Source: Tricharina praecox
Lineage: Eukaryota
Length of the DNA: 64,000 nt
NCBI RefSeq assembly: GCF_024521635.1
Contig: NW_026250407.1
Span: 744,001 to 808,000, forward strand
Reading direction: 5' to 3'
Shown: one piece after another, positions 26,566 through 39,216 of the stretch
How positions within the stretch are numbered: position 1 is the stretch's first letter
How the letters are laid out: each line of letters begins with the position of its first letter
Program-made: the position numbers and the translations under genes
Notes under the pieces: model-generated
Told to the model about the DNA's origin: nothing
What the model saw: the letters and a program-made list of their open reading frames with translations, nothing else
Databases searched by the model: none

Positions 26566-27438
26566 CTTGGCGACACATACGGTCTCACCGGATCCGTTTT
26601 GTAATCTCTCGAGTCTTGAGTCTTGGGTATGATGGTACGATGGCATGTACTTGGCGATATGTACTTGGCGATATGTATTGTACCTACTTGGCGATACGGT
26701 CCCGGATTTAACTATTGTAATCTCCTCGTTGAAAGCCCGGTTGACTCTTGAGTGCGCCTTTCCCGCCGATGTTTCCCTTAGTTACTCGTAATTCTGCGCC
26801 CTTCCCCGCTGTAGAGCACGCACCGGAAACGGGCCGGTGCCCGTTCGCTCGAGTGATATATAATGTCGCTGCCACCGAACGACACCGCCAGAATCATCGG
26901 CTTCCTTTCCGTGGCGACCGACTCTGCCCCCACCCGCTATGGCCAAGAAGAAGCAGAAGAAGAAGAAGAAGAACATGCCGGGGCCGGGGCCTTGAGCCCT
27001 AGCTATGATCCGTAGTTAGCGGAAACAGACGATCCGATTACGCGGCCAAAGTATAATTCGACGCATTGGCAGTCCAGGTTCCAAGAGCCCGGACGACTTG
27101 GCCAACTCTTTGTCAACATTACTGCGCACTTGGCGAGTCCTTGGGGCTCTTGGTGAAGCCTTGGGGCTCTTGGGGCTCTTGGTATGCTATGGTACATCGT
27201 CGATCGCCACCGCCGACTACCGGCACATACATAACGACTGGGCAGTAGGGACATCTCAAGATGTGATGCAAAGTCGGTGGTGTTTGCCAACCCGTAGCCG
27301 TTGGCATCCGCATATATACCATACCATCCCGTCCCAACCTCGCTCGCTCGCCAGTGCCCAGCGAGGATCCACCTACCGCCATCCGAAGTACTTGCCGGTC
27401 AGCTTACCGGTATCCGTATAAATTCATAACTACTTGGC
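26566..27438. promoter_or_regulatory. Cluster of 8 GCCAAG (PacC/Rim101 consensus GCCARG) sites
   Basis: CTTGGC at 26566, 26650, 26664, 26687, 27097, 27129, 27433; GCCAAG at 26942. Confidence 0.45.
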
Positions 27439-30400
27439 GCCGATGTTCCGTGTGTAGGTACATATGTGGGTATGTATCTATGGATGTATTCCGATGAAGC
27501 TGGGCGTCATCTCTCTCTTATGAGATATGGACCTATGGGTATCCACCTCGTCCTCCCTTCGCCGTCCGGGAGCCTTGGTACTCGGGGTAGGTGAGCGGTG
27601 ATGACCGTGGGTTAGAAGTCTTGGACACTAACCAACTTACCTACCGCGGTACCGTAAAGTGCCGTACAGACGGCCTCGGGAGGGAGGGATCAGTGCTCAC
27701 CATTCTAGGATTAGATCTCTCTATGGACGTCAGTATCGGCGTCAGTGTCGGTATCGGTATCGGTATCGGTATTCCGCACGTCAGCCAGTCAGTCAGTCGG
27801 TCCGTATAGAGTACCATACTCTACTGAGCGGCCGATAGAGTGGACGGAATCCATCCACTGCTTGCCTATCGGACACTGGATTACCTCTATTACCCGTGAG
27901 TGCCGATGAAACACCGGCAATACCGAAGATTATGTAGATCATATTTTGTCTCGTCTCGTCTCGTCCGGATCCGAAACACCGCGGGATCCCAACACCACTC
28001 GGCGCTCGGAGTTCGGTGGCTCGGGTGGTGGTGGCACGTGGCACGGACCTTGGGAGTTTGAGCTCGAATTTCAGCAGGCAGAATGATGGAATTTCGGCAG
28101 GCACAATAATCGAACTTCAGCTTGGCGGACTGGAGTCTGCTTTGCTTGCAACAACTCGGTTTGAACTTTGGGCTATGCGGCGCAGCCTGCGGGATTCTGG
28201 GTGTTGGAGTATGTACCCAGAGTACTCCAAGTACAGGGAAGGCTTGCAAGATATCTACATGCTCTAGGTATGTGGATAATGGCCCGTTTCCGTACACAGG
28301 GTGTCCATTCCAAGTCCCCAGGATTCAAAGGCTGACAGCTTTAGGTACCTCATCACGGACTCAATTCAACCAGGGAGTGCCCCCGCAGGCCCGCTTGACC
28401 GCACACATTTCCGTCGAGTGCTCCACAGCATTTATACCTGGAGGGATCGATGGCAAGCATACGTACTCTACTCTACTCTAACTGAGAATAGGCTATACAT
28501 AGTACTTTACTTGCTTGGTATACGATATGTAGGTAGAACACCTCGTGGAGTTATATATAACCTTACCGTGCTCTTGGCTTCGTGTCTACTCTACTCGAAC
28601 AATGTCTGTACGAATACCTCTATACGAATACCAGGGACCTTTGGACGGTACGAATCTCCAGACACATACGGCGCAGTACATCAACAAATCTCAAAAGTCA
28701 CCTCGACACTCCCGCCCGGCGAACGAGGTTGCTTGCTTAGGACGCGGAGTGTGCACCGAGGGCCATATTGTACGCCAATCATAATGCGAACCGTTTCGTT
28801 TCGTTTCGCCAACAGGAGGAGCTGGGCAGACTCTACGGAACGAACCGGTGAAGGTGGAAGATGTATGTATGGAATCACCCTCTCCCTCGTGCAAGCTGCA
28901 AGCAAGCAAGCATATTGACAATTCCGAAGGACGCGCTCAAACGAGAACTAGCAGATGTATTCGAAAAGCGGTCAGCCAGCCAGGGAGATCGTGCTGTACC
29001 TATGCATACCTGAATTACCGCATCACATCCGAAACCACCGAGCACACAATTCGGTCGCAAACCATACCTATCACTCGGCGGCCTACTATATGTAGCAACA
29101 CTATCATCCAAGTGGTTGCCAATGCCTTCCGTTCCTCACTGTCGCTTCTGATATCTACCGTCGTCCGATAGATTTCGGCAGAGTGGGTCACCACATCCGC
29201 TACCGGTCAACGATCAACTGTGCCAGACCTACATACATGCCCACATACATACATAGCCATCAGTATGCAGGTACCTATACCGCGATCTTGCGCGATCTTG
29301 GCCGATCTGGAGCCTATATAAAAACAGAACAGATCTGCAGACACGTTGCCCCTTCATGCTGTGCCGTGGGTAAAGGGCATATCGGAAATTTCCAGAAATA
29401 CGACTGGGACGAAGCGCTCGTTCCTACGTACACTGTGCATGGATCGTTCAGCGGTAACTAGATGCTCGGGGGTACAGGTATTTGAAAACGGCATTGAGTC
29501 TCCACTGGGAGAGTACGATGTGGAGAGTACCGCAGACGTTCCCCGGGGACGGGTGGGTGGACAGAAAGATTCAAGAGATACGTACGAACGAGAGCGGAAG
29601 TACTGGCTGGCTAAAAAGCGGTCCAATTGCTCCATCTACTCCAGCCAGCCAGCCAGCAGTAGTTACCCAGAATAGAGTATATGTGTGGGCGTCCGCAAGC
29701 AATAGTAATAGCATTCGAATTGCAACCATTGATGACCAGAATGTAATACGATACACACATACAACGAGCCATCCCTATGGAGTATGGTACCGCGTATAAA
29801 ACCCGTTTATTTTCTCACAATCCTTGCGTTAAGCGTGAAAATACCTAGTCCGCAGCACATAGCAGAGTGAGTCTCAGTGAGAGCGCCGGCTGGCTCGCAA
29901 GTGAATTTAGTATGCGCACCAGATGTCACGCCTCACCACTCACAAGTTCCCGCGATATCCGCCGCAGCCGCTGGCGCCGTCATTTGGACATTCGGAGTCC
30001 AGAGTTCGGACGTGTCGGGATAAGTACCGCACGGTACCTATAGGCTATGGGTAGGTATCTGCACACCCTCTCGTACATATATACCCCATTCGTACATTCG
30101 TACCCTCCCGGAGTCTCGGAGTTTCCGACAACTCTCGGACAAAAGGATCTGCTGTGGGAGCACAGCTGCACAAGAACTCACTCAGCTCCAGCTCCAGTTA
30201 TTGGATCCTGTGTCTCCAGAACCGCCAGATATATCTTTGGAAACATGGTCCTCTCGAATGATTTGGTCGGAAAAAGAATGTTAACCATATTCATTGAGTC
30301 TGTGCTTCTACCTGTGATACATCCCACCCCTACGTTTCCTATGCATCCTTCTTCCGCATCCTTCTTTCTTCCATCTTCCATCCGCATACTAAAAAAGCAA

Positions 30401-30802
30401 ATACCAAAAAAGCAAATCGCCACGGTTTACTCTATGTATGTACCGGCTGTCATCATGACGCCTTACTGCACACCATGCCCAGCAGTTATACGACATCCGA
30501 CATCACTTTATCATCACTCCCACGATCACGACCAAGAAATTGTTTGGAAATAAGCGTCACATAAACCTGGAATTCCACACTTCTGTACAATACAGTACAA
30601 TACATGTAACTCGAAACCCCCCTGGGAAGAAGACGTCGCGCAATGAATGAGCAGAGCACGCAACAAAAAAAAAGATATCCGGAAAAGAACCCTACACGCC
30701 ACAAACACAAAGAAAAGCAAACACGAAAAAAAGAAAAAGTAAAGAAAAAGCAAAGAGCAAAACAAAATCCCAAAGAAATAATAGACACCCGCTGCCGCTG
30801 CT

Positions 30803-33051
30803 TTACTTCGACCCGCGCGCTTCGTGCACCGTCTTGATGATCGAGTCGACGACTGAAGGATCCGACAGGGTGGAGGTATCACCGAGCTGGTCCTCCTCGC
30901 CGGAGAGGATCTTTCTCAGGATTCTCCGCATGATCTTTCCGGAGCGGGTCTTGGGCAGGTCGTTGACGACGTACACGCTCTTGGGGGCGGCGAAAGGGCC
31001 GATCGACTTGCGCACCTGCACGATCAGGTCCTTGCGCAGCTCGGGGGTGTTCTTGAAGGCGTCCTTGATGGAGACGAAGGCGTTGACCGCCTGGCCAGTC
31101 AATTCGTCCGAGATTCCGACGACGGCCGCTTCCGCGACCGCCGGGTGGTGGATCAGTGCCGCCTCGATCTCGGCGGTCGACAGGCGGTGCCCGCTAACGT
31201 TCACAACGTCGTCGACACGACCGCGGATCCAGTAGTAGCCCTCGTGGTCACGACCAGCTCCATCTCCCGTGAACTGTAATCAGGTCAGCTCCCGTTTTCC
31301 CTCTCAAACTCTAGGATCGTCAGGGGATACATACGTAGTAGCCAGGGTAGACGTTGAAGTAAGTGTCCATGTATCTCTGGTGGGTTCCCCAAACGGTTCT
31401 GGCCATGCTGGGCCATGGCTTCTTGAAAGCCAAAACACCCTCTACATCGTTGCCGTGCAGCTCCTCGCCCGAAACCGGGTCGATGATGGCAGGCTCGATA
31501 CCGAAGAAGGGGAGCGAAGCACTACCGGGCTTGGTGGGGGTGACACCTCCCAGGGGAGTGATTACGTGTGATCCGGTCTCGGTTTGCCAGTAGGTCTATC
31601 ACGATGTCAGTCAGATTGCGCATGAAAGCGTGGGAGATGTGTGGGTCTCTTACGTCGACGATGTGGCACTCCTCCTTTCCAACCTTCTCATGGTACCAAG
31701 TCCAGACATCCTCGGCGATGGGCTCTCCGACGGATCCCAGCACTCGCAAGCTCTTCATCTCCTTGTTGATGTGGTGGTCGCCGGCCCTCTTGAGGAGACG
31801 GAGAGCGGTGGGCGCAACGTAGAACTGGGTGATCTGGTGCTTGTCGATGATGTCCCAGTACCTCGAGAAGTTGGGGTAGGCGGGGGTTCCCTCGAAGACG
31901 AGGGTGGTGACACCGAGCAGGAGCGGCGCGTAGACACAGTAGGTGTGGCCGGTAATCCAGCCGACATCTCCGGCGGTACCGAGCTTGTCACCGGGGTGCA
32001 GGTCGAAGACGTACTTTCCGGTCATGGCGGCGCCGAGCAGGTATCCTCCGGTGGTGTGCATCACACCCTTGGGCTTTCCGGTGGAGCCGGAAGTGTACAG
32101 CAGGAACAGGGGGTCCTCGGAGGACATAAGCTCGGGAGCGCAGTAGCCCGGGTACTTGCTGGTCTCCTCGTGCCACCACACATCGCGGCCCTCGGTCATC
32201 GGGACTTCGGTGCCGGTGCGCTTGAAGACGATGACGTTGTGGACATCCGGGCACGACTTGAGGGCTTCGTCAACGATCCTCTTGGTGCCGATGTTCTTTC
32301 CACCGCGCTTTCCCTCGTCGGTGGTGATGACGATCTTGGAGCCGGCATCGAGCACACGGTCCCGCAGGGATTCGGACGAGAAACCGGCGAACACGACCGA
32401 GTGGACGGCACCGATTCTGACGATGGCCAAGAGAGCCACGAGAGCCTCGGGGATCATGGGCATGTACACGGCGACGGTGTCTCCCTTCTTGACGCCCATC
32501 TGCTTGAGCACGAAGGAGAGCTTGGAGACCTGCCGCAGGAGCTCTCCGTAGGTGATGATGCGACCCTCGGTGGGCTCATCGGCCTCGTAGATGATGGCGG
32601 ACCGGTTGGGGTCCTTGAAAGCGTGCCGGTCAACGGCGTTGTAACAGGCGTTGAGACGACCCTCGAGGAACCAGCTCGCGTCGCCGTGCTCGAAGCTGCC
32701 GCTGCGGACGGTCTGGAAGGGAACATCCCAGTGCAGGAGCTCGCGCGCCTTCTCGCCCCAGAATTTGTCGGGGTTCTCGATGGATTCGCGGTACTGAACC
32801 TTGTACTCCTCGAGAGTCAAATGAGGCTTTGCGGGATGCTTCCTGTAAGGGTGCCAATCGACGTCAGGAACGGTCCACGTCTCCAATGGCTTCGGAGAAG
32901 CATGCGGGGGGATTCAGATGCATGTGGGGGGGGGGGGGGGGCAGTGGAGGGGCACTCACTCAAAGTATTTGGAGGGAACCGGATAGGTTGCGATATTGTG
33001 GGCCTCGATCACAACGGGCCCATTCTTGGGGACGACATCGCCCTCGGACAT
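30803..33051 (-). CDS. facA: Acetyl-CoA synthetase (FacA/Acu-5/Acs)
   Basis: Exons 33051-32960, 32842-31654, 31595-31335, 31273-30803. AMP-binding motif [20 protein letters not shown] and [12 protein letters not shown]. Confidence 0.98.
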
Positions 33052-34236
33052 TCTGATCTTCTTTAGGGGTGGAGGAGGAATCTTCGGAGATGGCTCTGGC
33101 GTAGCAGTATTGAGGGCTATCTTCCCTCAGGGAGCTACGGAGTTTTTTTTACAACGAGTAGACTTGGGAGGATGGAAGGGAGGAGGAGGATGAGGGGAGG
33201 GTGGAGATTGGTGGAGATGGATCGAGGGGAGGAGGAAGTGATTGCAAAGAGGGAGCGGAGGACTCTCTATAAGTAATTTGCTACGTAAGGTAGTGGAAGG
33301 ACCGTGGTGGTGGTGTAGGTGGAGATGGTGGTGGTGGAGAACGGTCGGGTATATGGATAGACGGGACCATGCCCTGAAGGATGTGGGGGGGGCGGAACAA
33401 TCGCGGCAGCCACACTGTAGTTCGATATTCGAATTCCCCATCACTCTGCAGCGTGCGCTGGATGCAGACACCGAAGGGTACACGCCGTGACCACCTCGCA
33501 CTCTCCTGGCAGGTACCGGGGAACGGAGGCGTCGGTAAGCGCATGACAGTGACATTGCGGGGATAAAGATTAGGTATCTAGCAGCAAAGTCACTCGCAGA
33601 GTCGCAGTGGCAGTCCTAGGCACTGTACTAGCAGTGCGGGGGAGGGGCAGACTTGGCTGGCTGGCTGGCTGGCGGGCAGGCAGGCCGGCAACAAGCAATT
33701 GCGAGACGAGCGACGATGAGATACATAGATGGTACTCTTACTTACTTCTTACTTAGGTAGATGGGGACCCCCTTCGCGTTCGCGATTGATTGCGGGCTGG
33801 TGGGGTCTTGACCTGCGTCTTTGCCTGCCTATCATGGGGAATTCATGAGGCTCTCCCCCAGTCCCCTGCCGGCCTGCTCCCTGTCTGGCCCAATCTTTTT
33901 CGAGAGGTCAAGTTTCTATGCATACCCCATGGAGTAGGTCATGGACCGACACCCCTAGCTGGCTGTCATCGTAAAAAAAAAACTTCCCTTGGTCCGAACC
34001 CTGGGTACATAGTCTGGAACCACTCTCCACTGCTCCGGCCCGATGCTCTTCCTGAAGAATCCGGCGCCACTCGGTAGCGCCTGGCGTCAGTGTTCTGCTG
34101 GATGCTAACCACAAGTGGTACTCTATGATAGTAGTAATCAGCGATAGCCCCCAACCTTCCCGTTCAACAAAACGATGCACTCGCCGGGCGCTCAGCTACT
34201 ACGGTACTATACACAGCTCTAGAGTAGGTACCGTAA

Positions 34237-34414
34237 GTACTAGGAGCTGCCGATAAGTCGTGCCTCACCACCATTACAAATTATAAGCGCAAATAAGCAC
34301 TAGACTATATTAGGAGCGCACTAAGCCAGATACAATCAAATGAGTGAGGGGCTGTGACTAAATTGTATGGGGGGAAAAACTGGTGAGGCAGCACTTACCC
34401 TTACACCCGAGCAC
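34237..34414. mobile_element. Decayed MITE-like element with terminal inverted repeats, same family as 51584-51755
   Basis: Right end CACTTACCCTTACACCCGAG matches the arms at 51584-51755; inner IR TAAGTCGTGCCTCACCA (34254-34270) pairs with TGGTGAGGCAGCACTTA (34381-34397); AT/TpA-rich interior. Confidence 0.65.
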
Positions 34415-36636
34415 TCTACGACGCCCAGCGCAGCCATCGCGGACCACGCAGGCAGTTGAGCGGTCTATTTGGCGGCTATTATGTACCTACACACCAACCT
34501 ATGACCTACGTACCGATATGGTAGCACAAGCGGCCAGCTGGCTGCGGAAAACTCCGGTCCAAACGGTGGCCAAATCCCGAGCTCGAAGGGGGGGCTGTCG
34601 ATCAATGAAGAAGCTGATGATCACCGCGCAGGCCAAGATTTCGAGGGGGAGCGCGGGGAAGCGGCTGACAGGATGGGTTCGCCATCGTTGGTTGTTTGTT
34701 CTTCTTCGCCTCGCCGTTTCTCCAGAGTTTCTGGCTGGCTGGCTGGTTGCGGTTAAAGACGCCAGCCAGGTGGATGATCACCACCACCTCCACCACCACC
34801 AAGCCGCACAACCGGATGAGCCCCCCACCCCAGCCCAGTCCAGCTGCACCAGCTGCAACCCCGGCAAAGGGCGGTAGTAAATAGCGTTGATGGATGGATG
34901 ATATCGATATATCATACATATGCACAGTGCTGTGCAGAGTGTGGAAAGTACCCAGAGGTACCTATCCTCACACTCACGTACTGACCTACCTACAGAGGTA
35001 CTTCGCACCTACATACCGTACATGCCACATACCGACATGCTTCATATATACCAGTACTCTACACGCCCGCCAACGGCGCAGCTCGCACTGCAGGAACGGA
35101 ACGTGAAATGGATCCGCACCGAGCTGCGAGCTCGAGAATCGAGATGGAGATGGAGCGTGCGCTCGCCCGCTCGCTCGAAGCGGCATGTGTTCGCTCGCAC
35201 CCACGGATCCGGAAGAAATAGAAACAGAAGGAAACGGAAAAGAAAAAGAAAAGGAAAAAGCAAAGAAAAGAAAAAAAGGCGGATGGCCTCCACGCCTCGA
35301 TAAGTACCTTACGTCATGCGGAAGCTGGAACGTGTCGAGTCGATGCCTGCCTGCGCTGCCTGCGCTGCGATGGGCGATGGGCGGTGGCCACAGCTCGCCG
35401 GTTCCGAAGTTGCGGGGTCAGCCCAGCTCGAGCTCGAGCTTGGCGTTGAACTCACGACCTCTACATGTCTACACACAGGGACGTGACCGTGTCTTCAGCC
35501 ACAGCCACGCCTTGAGCCGAGACTAGCCCTCCCCATCCCTCCCCCCGCCCTCCCTCCTCCGAGCAAAGCAAAAAAAAACCATCGTGGGGACGGGACCCCA
35601 CACAACCTCGGCTCTTAGTGCCCCCAGTGCCCCAGTGCCCCCAGTGTGTCCAGTAGGGTACAGTATCCACCGGTAACTACACGGGTGCGAATCGGACAGC
35701 CAGCGCGAGTGACGCACCGTGAACCATCAGCGCCCATCCCTCCCTCCGAGAAGACGCGATGAGCATTCCCTTCCTCCGAGCCTCCGGCAGACCTATGTAG
35801 GTACGTATGTAGGTGTGTATGAGGTATGTATGCACTCTGGATGCCACCCTGGCTGGTGGTGAGGTGGTGGTGAGGGTGGTGGTGAGGGTGATAACCGGAA
35901 ATGTATTGGCCGAAGCGTTGCCGAGCTATTCCTCACCCGTCCGGCGTGCACCCCACTCACCACCGCCTCCTCCCCCCCGCGTCATCTGCATACCTACACA
36001 CCCAGTTGGAGTATCTGCGCATCGCCACGCGAGCGAGCGAGCGAGAAAACAGATCCCTGGAATCGACGGCCGGACGGGGGAGGGAAGATATATATGTAGG
36101 TAGTCTGGTCAGCGGTCATTGGTCAGCGGTCAGTGGTCAGCGGTCGGCGGTTACTACCAAAGATAACCGTCTTCCGCTCCGTGCCTGCGGATACGGTATC
36201 AGTCATGAACGATGATCGCCCTGGCAGTCCCGAGTGAAGATATATTGACCCTACTATATACATGAAGCCCTCCCCAGCCCTCCCGAACCCTCAAGGCCCT
36301 CTACCTAGGTTGTAGATACAAAAGAAGCTTCCCGAGCCTGCAGATACTATGTATTCCTGCGGGAATGGCATGATCATGACCCCTCCTCATGGAAGATCGC
36401 TCATGGAGGATCACTCATGGTCACACCCGCACCCGCCGGTGCCGGGCCGTTCATGCGTCCGTGCGTTCCACTGTGCCGGCGCCGGCGCCGAGATGCGGGT
36501 ATGTAAGTGAGACTGCGGGTCACACGAAAACGGCGGATGATGGACGACGGGTGGTGGTGTCAAGGTCAAGAGCATGTGAGATGACCTTGGTGGGCTTGGG
36601 CTTGTGGCTCGTGGCTTGTGATCTTGCTTGTGGTTA

Positions 36637-36668
<32 letters not shown>

Positions 36669-37742
36669 CTGGTGGTGCTTGTCGCGGTGGTTTGTGGCAT
36701 GGCTGTGGCCAAGGCTGTGGCTGTGGCTACTATGAGATGCATATAAAATGCATAAGATCCGCTTGATATCGAACTACTGGTACCTACGGTTCCGCTAGGC
36801 CGGCGAATGCTTGGCTGCGAGCGATTTGGTGATTTGGTACCTAGTACTTGGGGGGGGGGGGAATTAACTCCAGAACATTCCGCCGCGATATATCTCGCAG
36901 CCCAAGGCTGGGCATGTCCGATACACATGTGAATTACAGCCTCTCCGGAGAATTGTATGTGTCACAGTGTCACAGGCACGGCCGCACAGGAGAGCGTCCA
37001 AGTCTTTGGTTCTGTTCCTGGCGTGTGCTTGACACTGCAGTGGCATCGCCGTGCCATCGCAGTTCCAACGTCCCGGTGGTGCAGGAACAATGACAACAGT
37101 TATCTCGCCATGCCAATTCCAAACCTCCAAACCTCCAAGGCTTCACTTCGTAACTTCGTAACGTCGTCGCCACTACCACTACCATACCTCCGGACCGCCG
37201 GATTAACGAGTCTAGGCCTCCCCCCGCGGTCCGCGGACCTCGCCGGGCCTCCCCGCAAGTCAACTAACGCCTGGGCTCCACGACTCCACGGATCCGCCGC
37301 GTCTGGGCACTGTGGAAATACACCGAACTGGGCTGGCGATAACGTAGTTATGTATACGTATCGCCGGAGTACGGGGTGGCGGGGCTGCGGAGTATGGGGT
37401 AACTATGGGGTACGGGGCTGCGGAGTATGGGGTTGCGGGGGGCGCGGCGCGGGGGAGCGCGGGAGTTGGCTTCGGCGGGGCGGAAGCTAGGCGGGCTAGC
37501 AGTCTAGCAGCTGGTGGGCCCGCCACTTACTCATGGATGTAGCCCCAGCCTTCGAGGGTCGAGGGTCGAGGGAGGCTGACGACTGACGACTGGCTGGGCA
37601 GCGGGGAGTCTCTGGGCTGTTTTCTTCCGTATCTGTCGTAGTACCTATCGTAGTACTGTACCGTGGGTTGTGGTAGCGGATGTAGCAGCGGATGTGCGCT
37701 CGTTTTTATATCTACACCTTGGCGAAGGCTCCGGGGTTCTCC

Positions 37743-37818
37743 TGTGCCATTCCCACCGTGTGATATTCGAAGCATTCTCTTGTGCCATTCCCACCGTGTG
37801 ATATCCGAAGCATGCTCC
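37743..37818. repeat. 38-bp tandem duplication (TGTGCCATTCCCACCGTGTGATATYCGAAGCAT...)
   Basis: Two adjacent copies differing at 3 positions. Confidence 0.9.
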
Positions 37819-39216
37819 GGTCCCGAAGCGATACGGAACTTGACGCCGACGGGGCAGCGTGCTCGTCGCATCCAGCCGATCCCGGTGCGGACCGGTGATT
37901 CAGCCAAGACACCTGGACGTCCTAGGATTGAGCGTTGACGGCTCGGGATGAGGCTCGGTGGTGGTGCGCCGATCACTCCGATGGTCATGCGAGCCATAGC
38001 TTGGCGAAGTACTTACAGTACCTATGATAGTAGCCACCTCAGTATCGCAGCTGACCGTTTCTATCGATATCGACAAAGCCTGCGAGTATGGCAGAGTAGA
38101 GTGCATAGAGAGAGAAAAAAAACGAGAAGGAATCGCGCGGCATTTCGCACGCACCGGTCGGGTAAGGTCAAGTCAGGTCTAGTCAGGACAGGTCGGGCCG
38201 GGTCTGGCAAAAGCGCTCGTCGTTTATAATCCCCTCCTCTTCTTGCTCATACTGCCCCTCCTCCTCCTCTTCCTCCTCCTAGAAAGCCGTGAACCCGAAT
38301 CTGAATCCTTCGGGAGTCAGTCACCGAGAAGCACTTCAGGACAACCCGTTTCCGGGCGACTGGGCTACATGTTATATATATCTAGAGCATAGGGATTCGG
38401 GATATCTGCTTGGTTGCCTATCTACTTGGTTGGTTGGTTAGTTGTTTGGTTGGTGGCGGGTATGCCTTATGGCCGACGGAGCACACCAGCCATCAATAGC
38501 CACCCCATCCACCACAGCCTCCCCAGAAGTTAGAACCCAAGATTCGAGATCATCCATAACTAGGTACATACCGTACCATACGGTACCGTAGTCTTTTCCG
38601 AATCCCGTCTGTGTTCATCCAGTTTCGTGACACAACCCCCTCCTCACCACCAGAATCAAATTACGAGTGACATCCCATGCAACACCTTCCTCCCCTCGAC
38701 GCCTCGAGTCTCGACACGACGTGCCTGCTACTATGGAGCGAATAGTTTAACTAGTCATCCAAAGACTGTATATAGAGTACTATACAAACTACATATAAGG
38801 ATAAGGGCGCCAGTAGATCCGTAGATCCGCACCTTGTCGCCGCTATGCATCAACAAACTGAAGATCTCTCTCTCTCCCGCATGGGCATGGACATGGGCAT
38901 GGACATGGCATGGTTCAGATACCTACATAACCGTGGGAACCCCGTCGGCATCCTTGTCCCCGTCCCGTCCCGAGCCTATGTATGTACCGACTCCGGCCAA
39001 CAGTAGCAGACCCGAAACAGCCCGCTGCGTCAATCATTCCAAAAAATTCATGATTCGATTCGATAGAGACTTCGTTACAGTGAAGTGAAGTGCGTGATAC
39101 ATGCGACTATTTTAGCCAGCGCGCAGCAGCAGCAAAAACATACTGATACTAAACTAAAACAAAACTAAAAAACGCCATTCATTCGTGATCTTCATCACCT
39201 CTTTTCAACGTTCCAT

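Noticed and set aside
30760..30805. Readthrough-derived PTS1 on ACS
   Set aside because: The stop is TAA-AGC, not TGA-CTA, and no SKL-like terminus follows nearby
31630..33066. 478-aa plus-strand ORF
   Set aside because: Antisense shadow of the strongly codon-biased ACS gene
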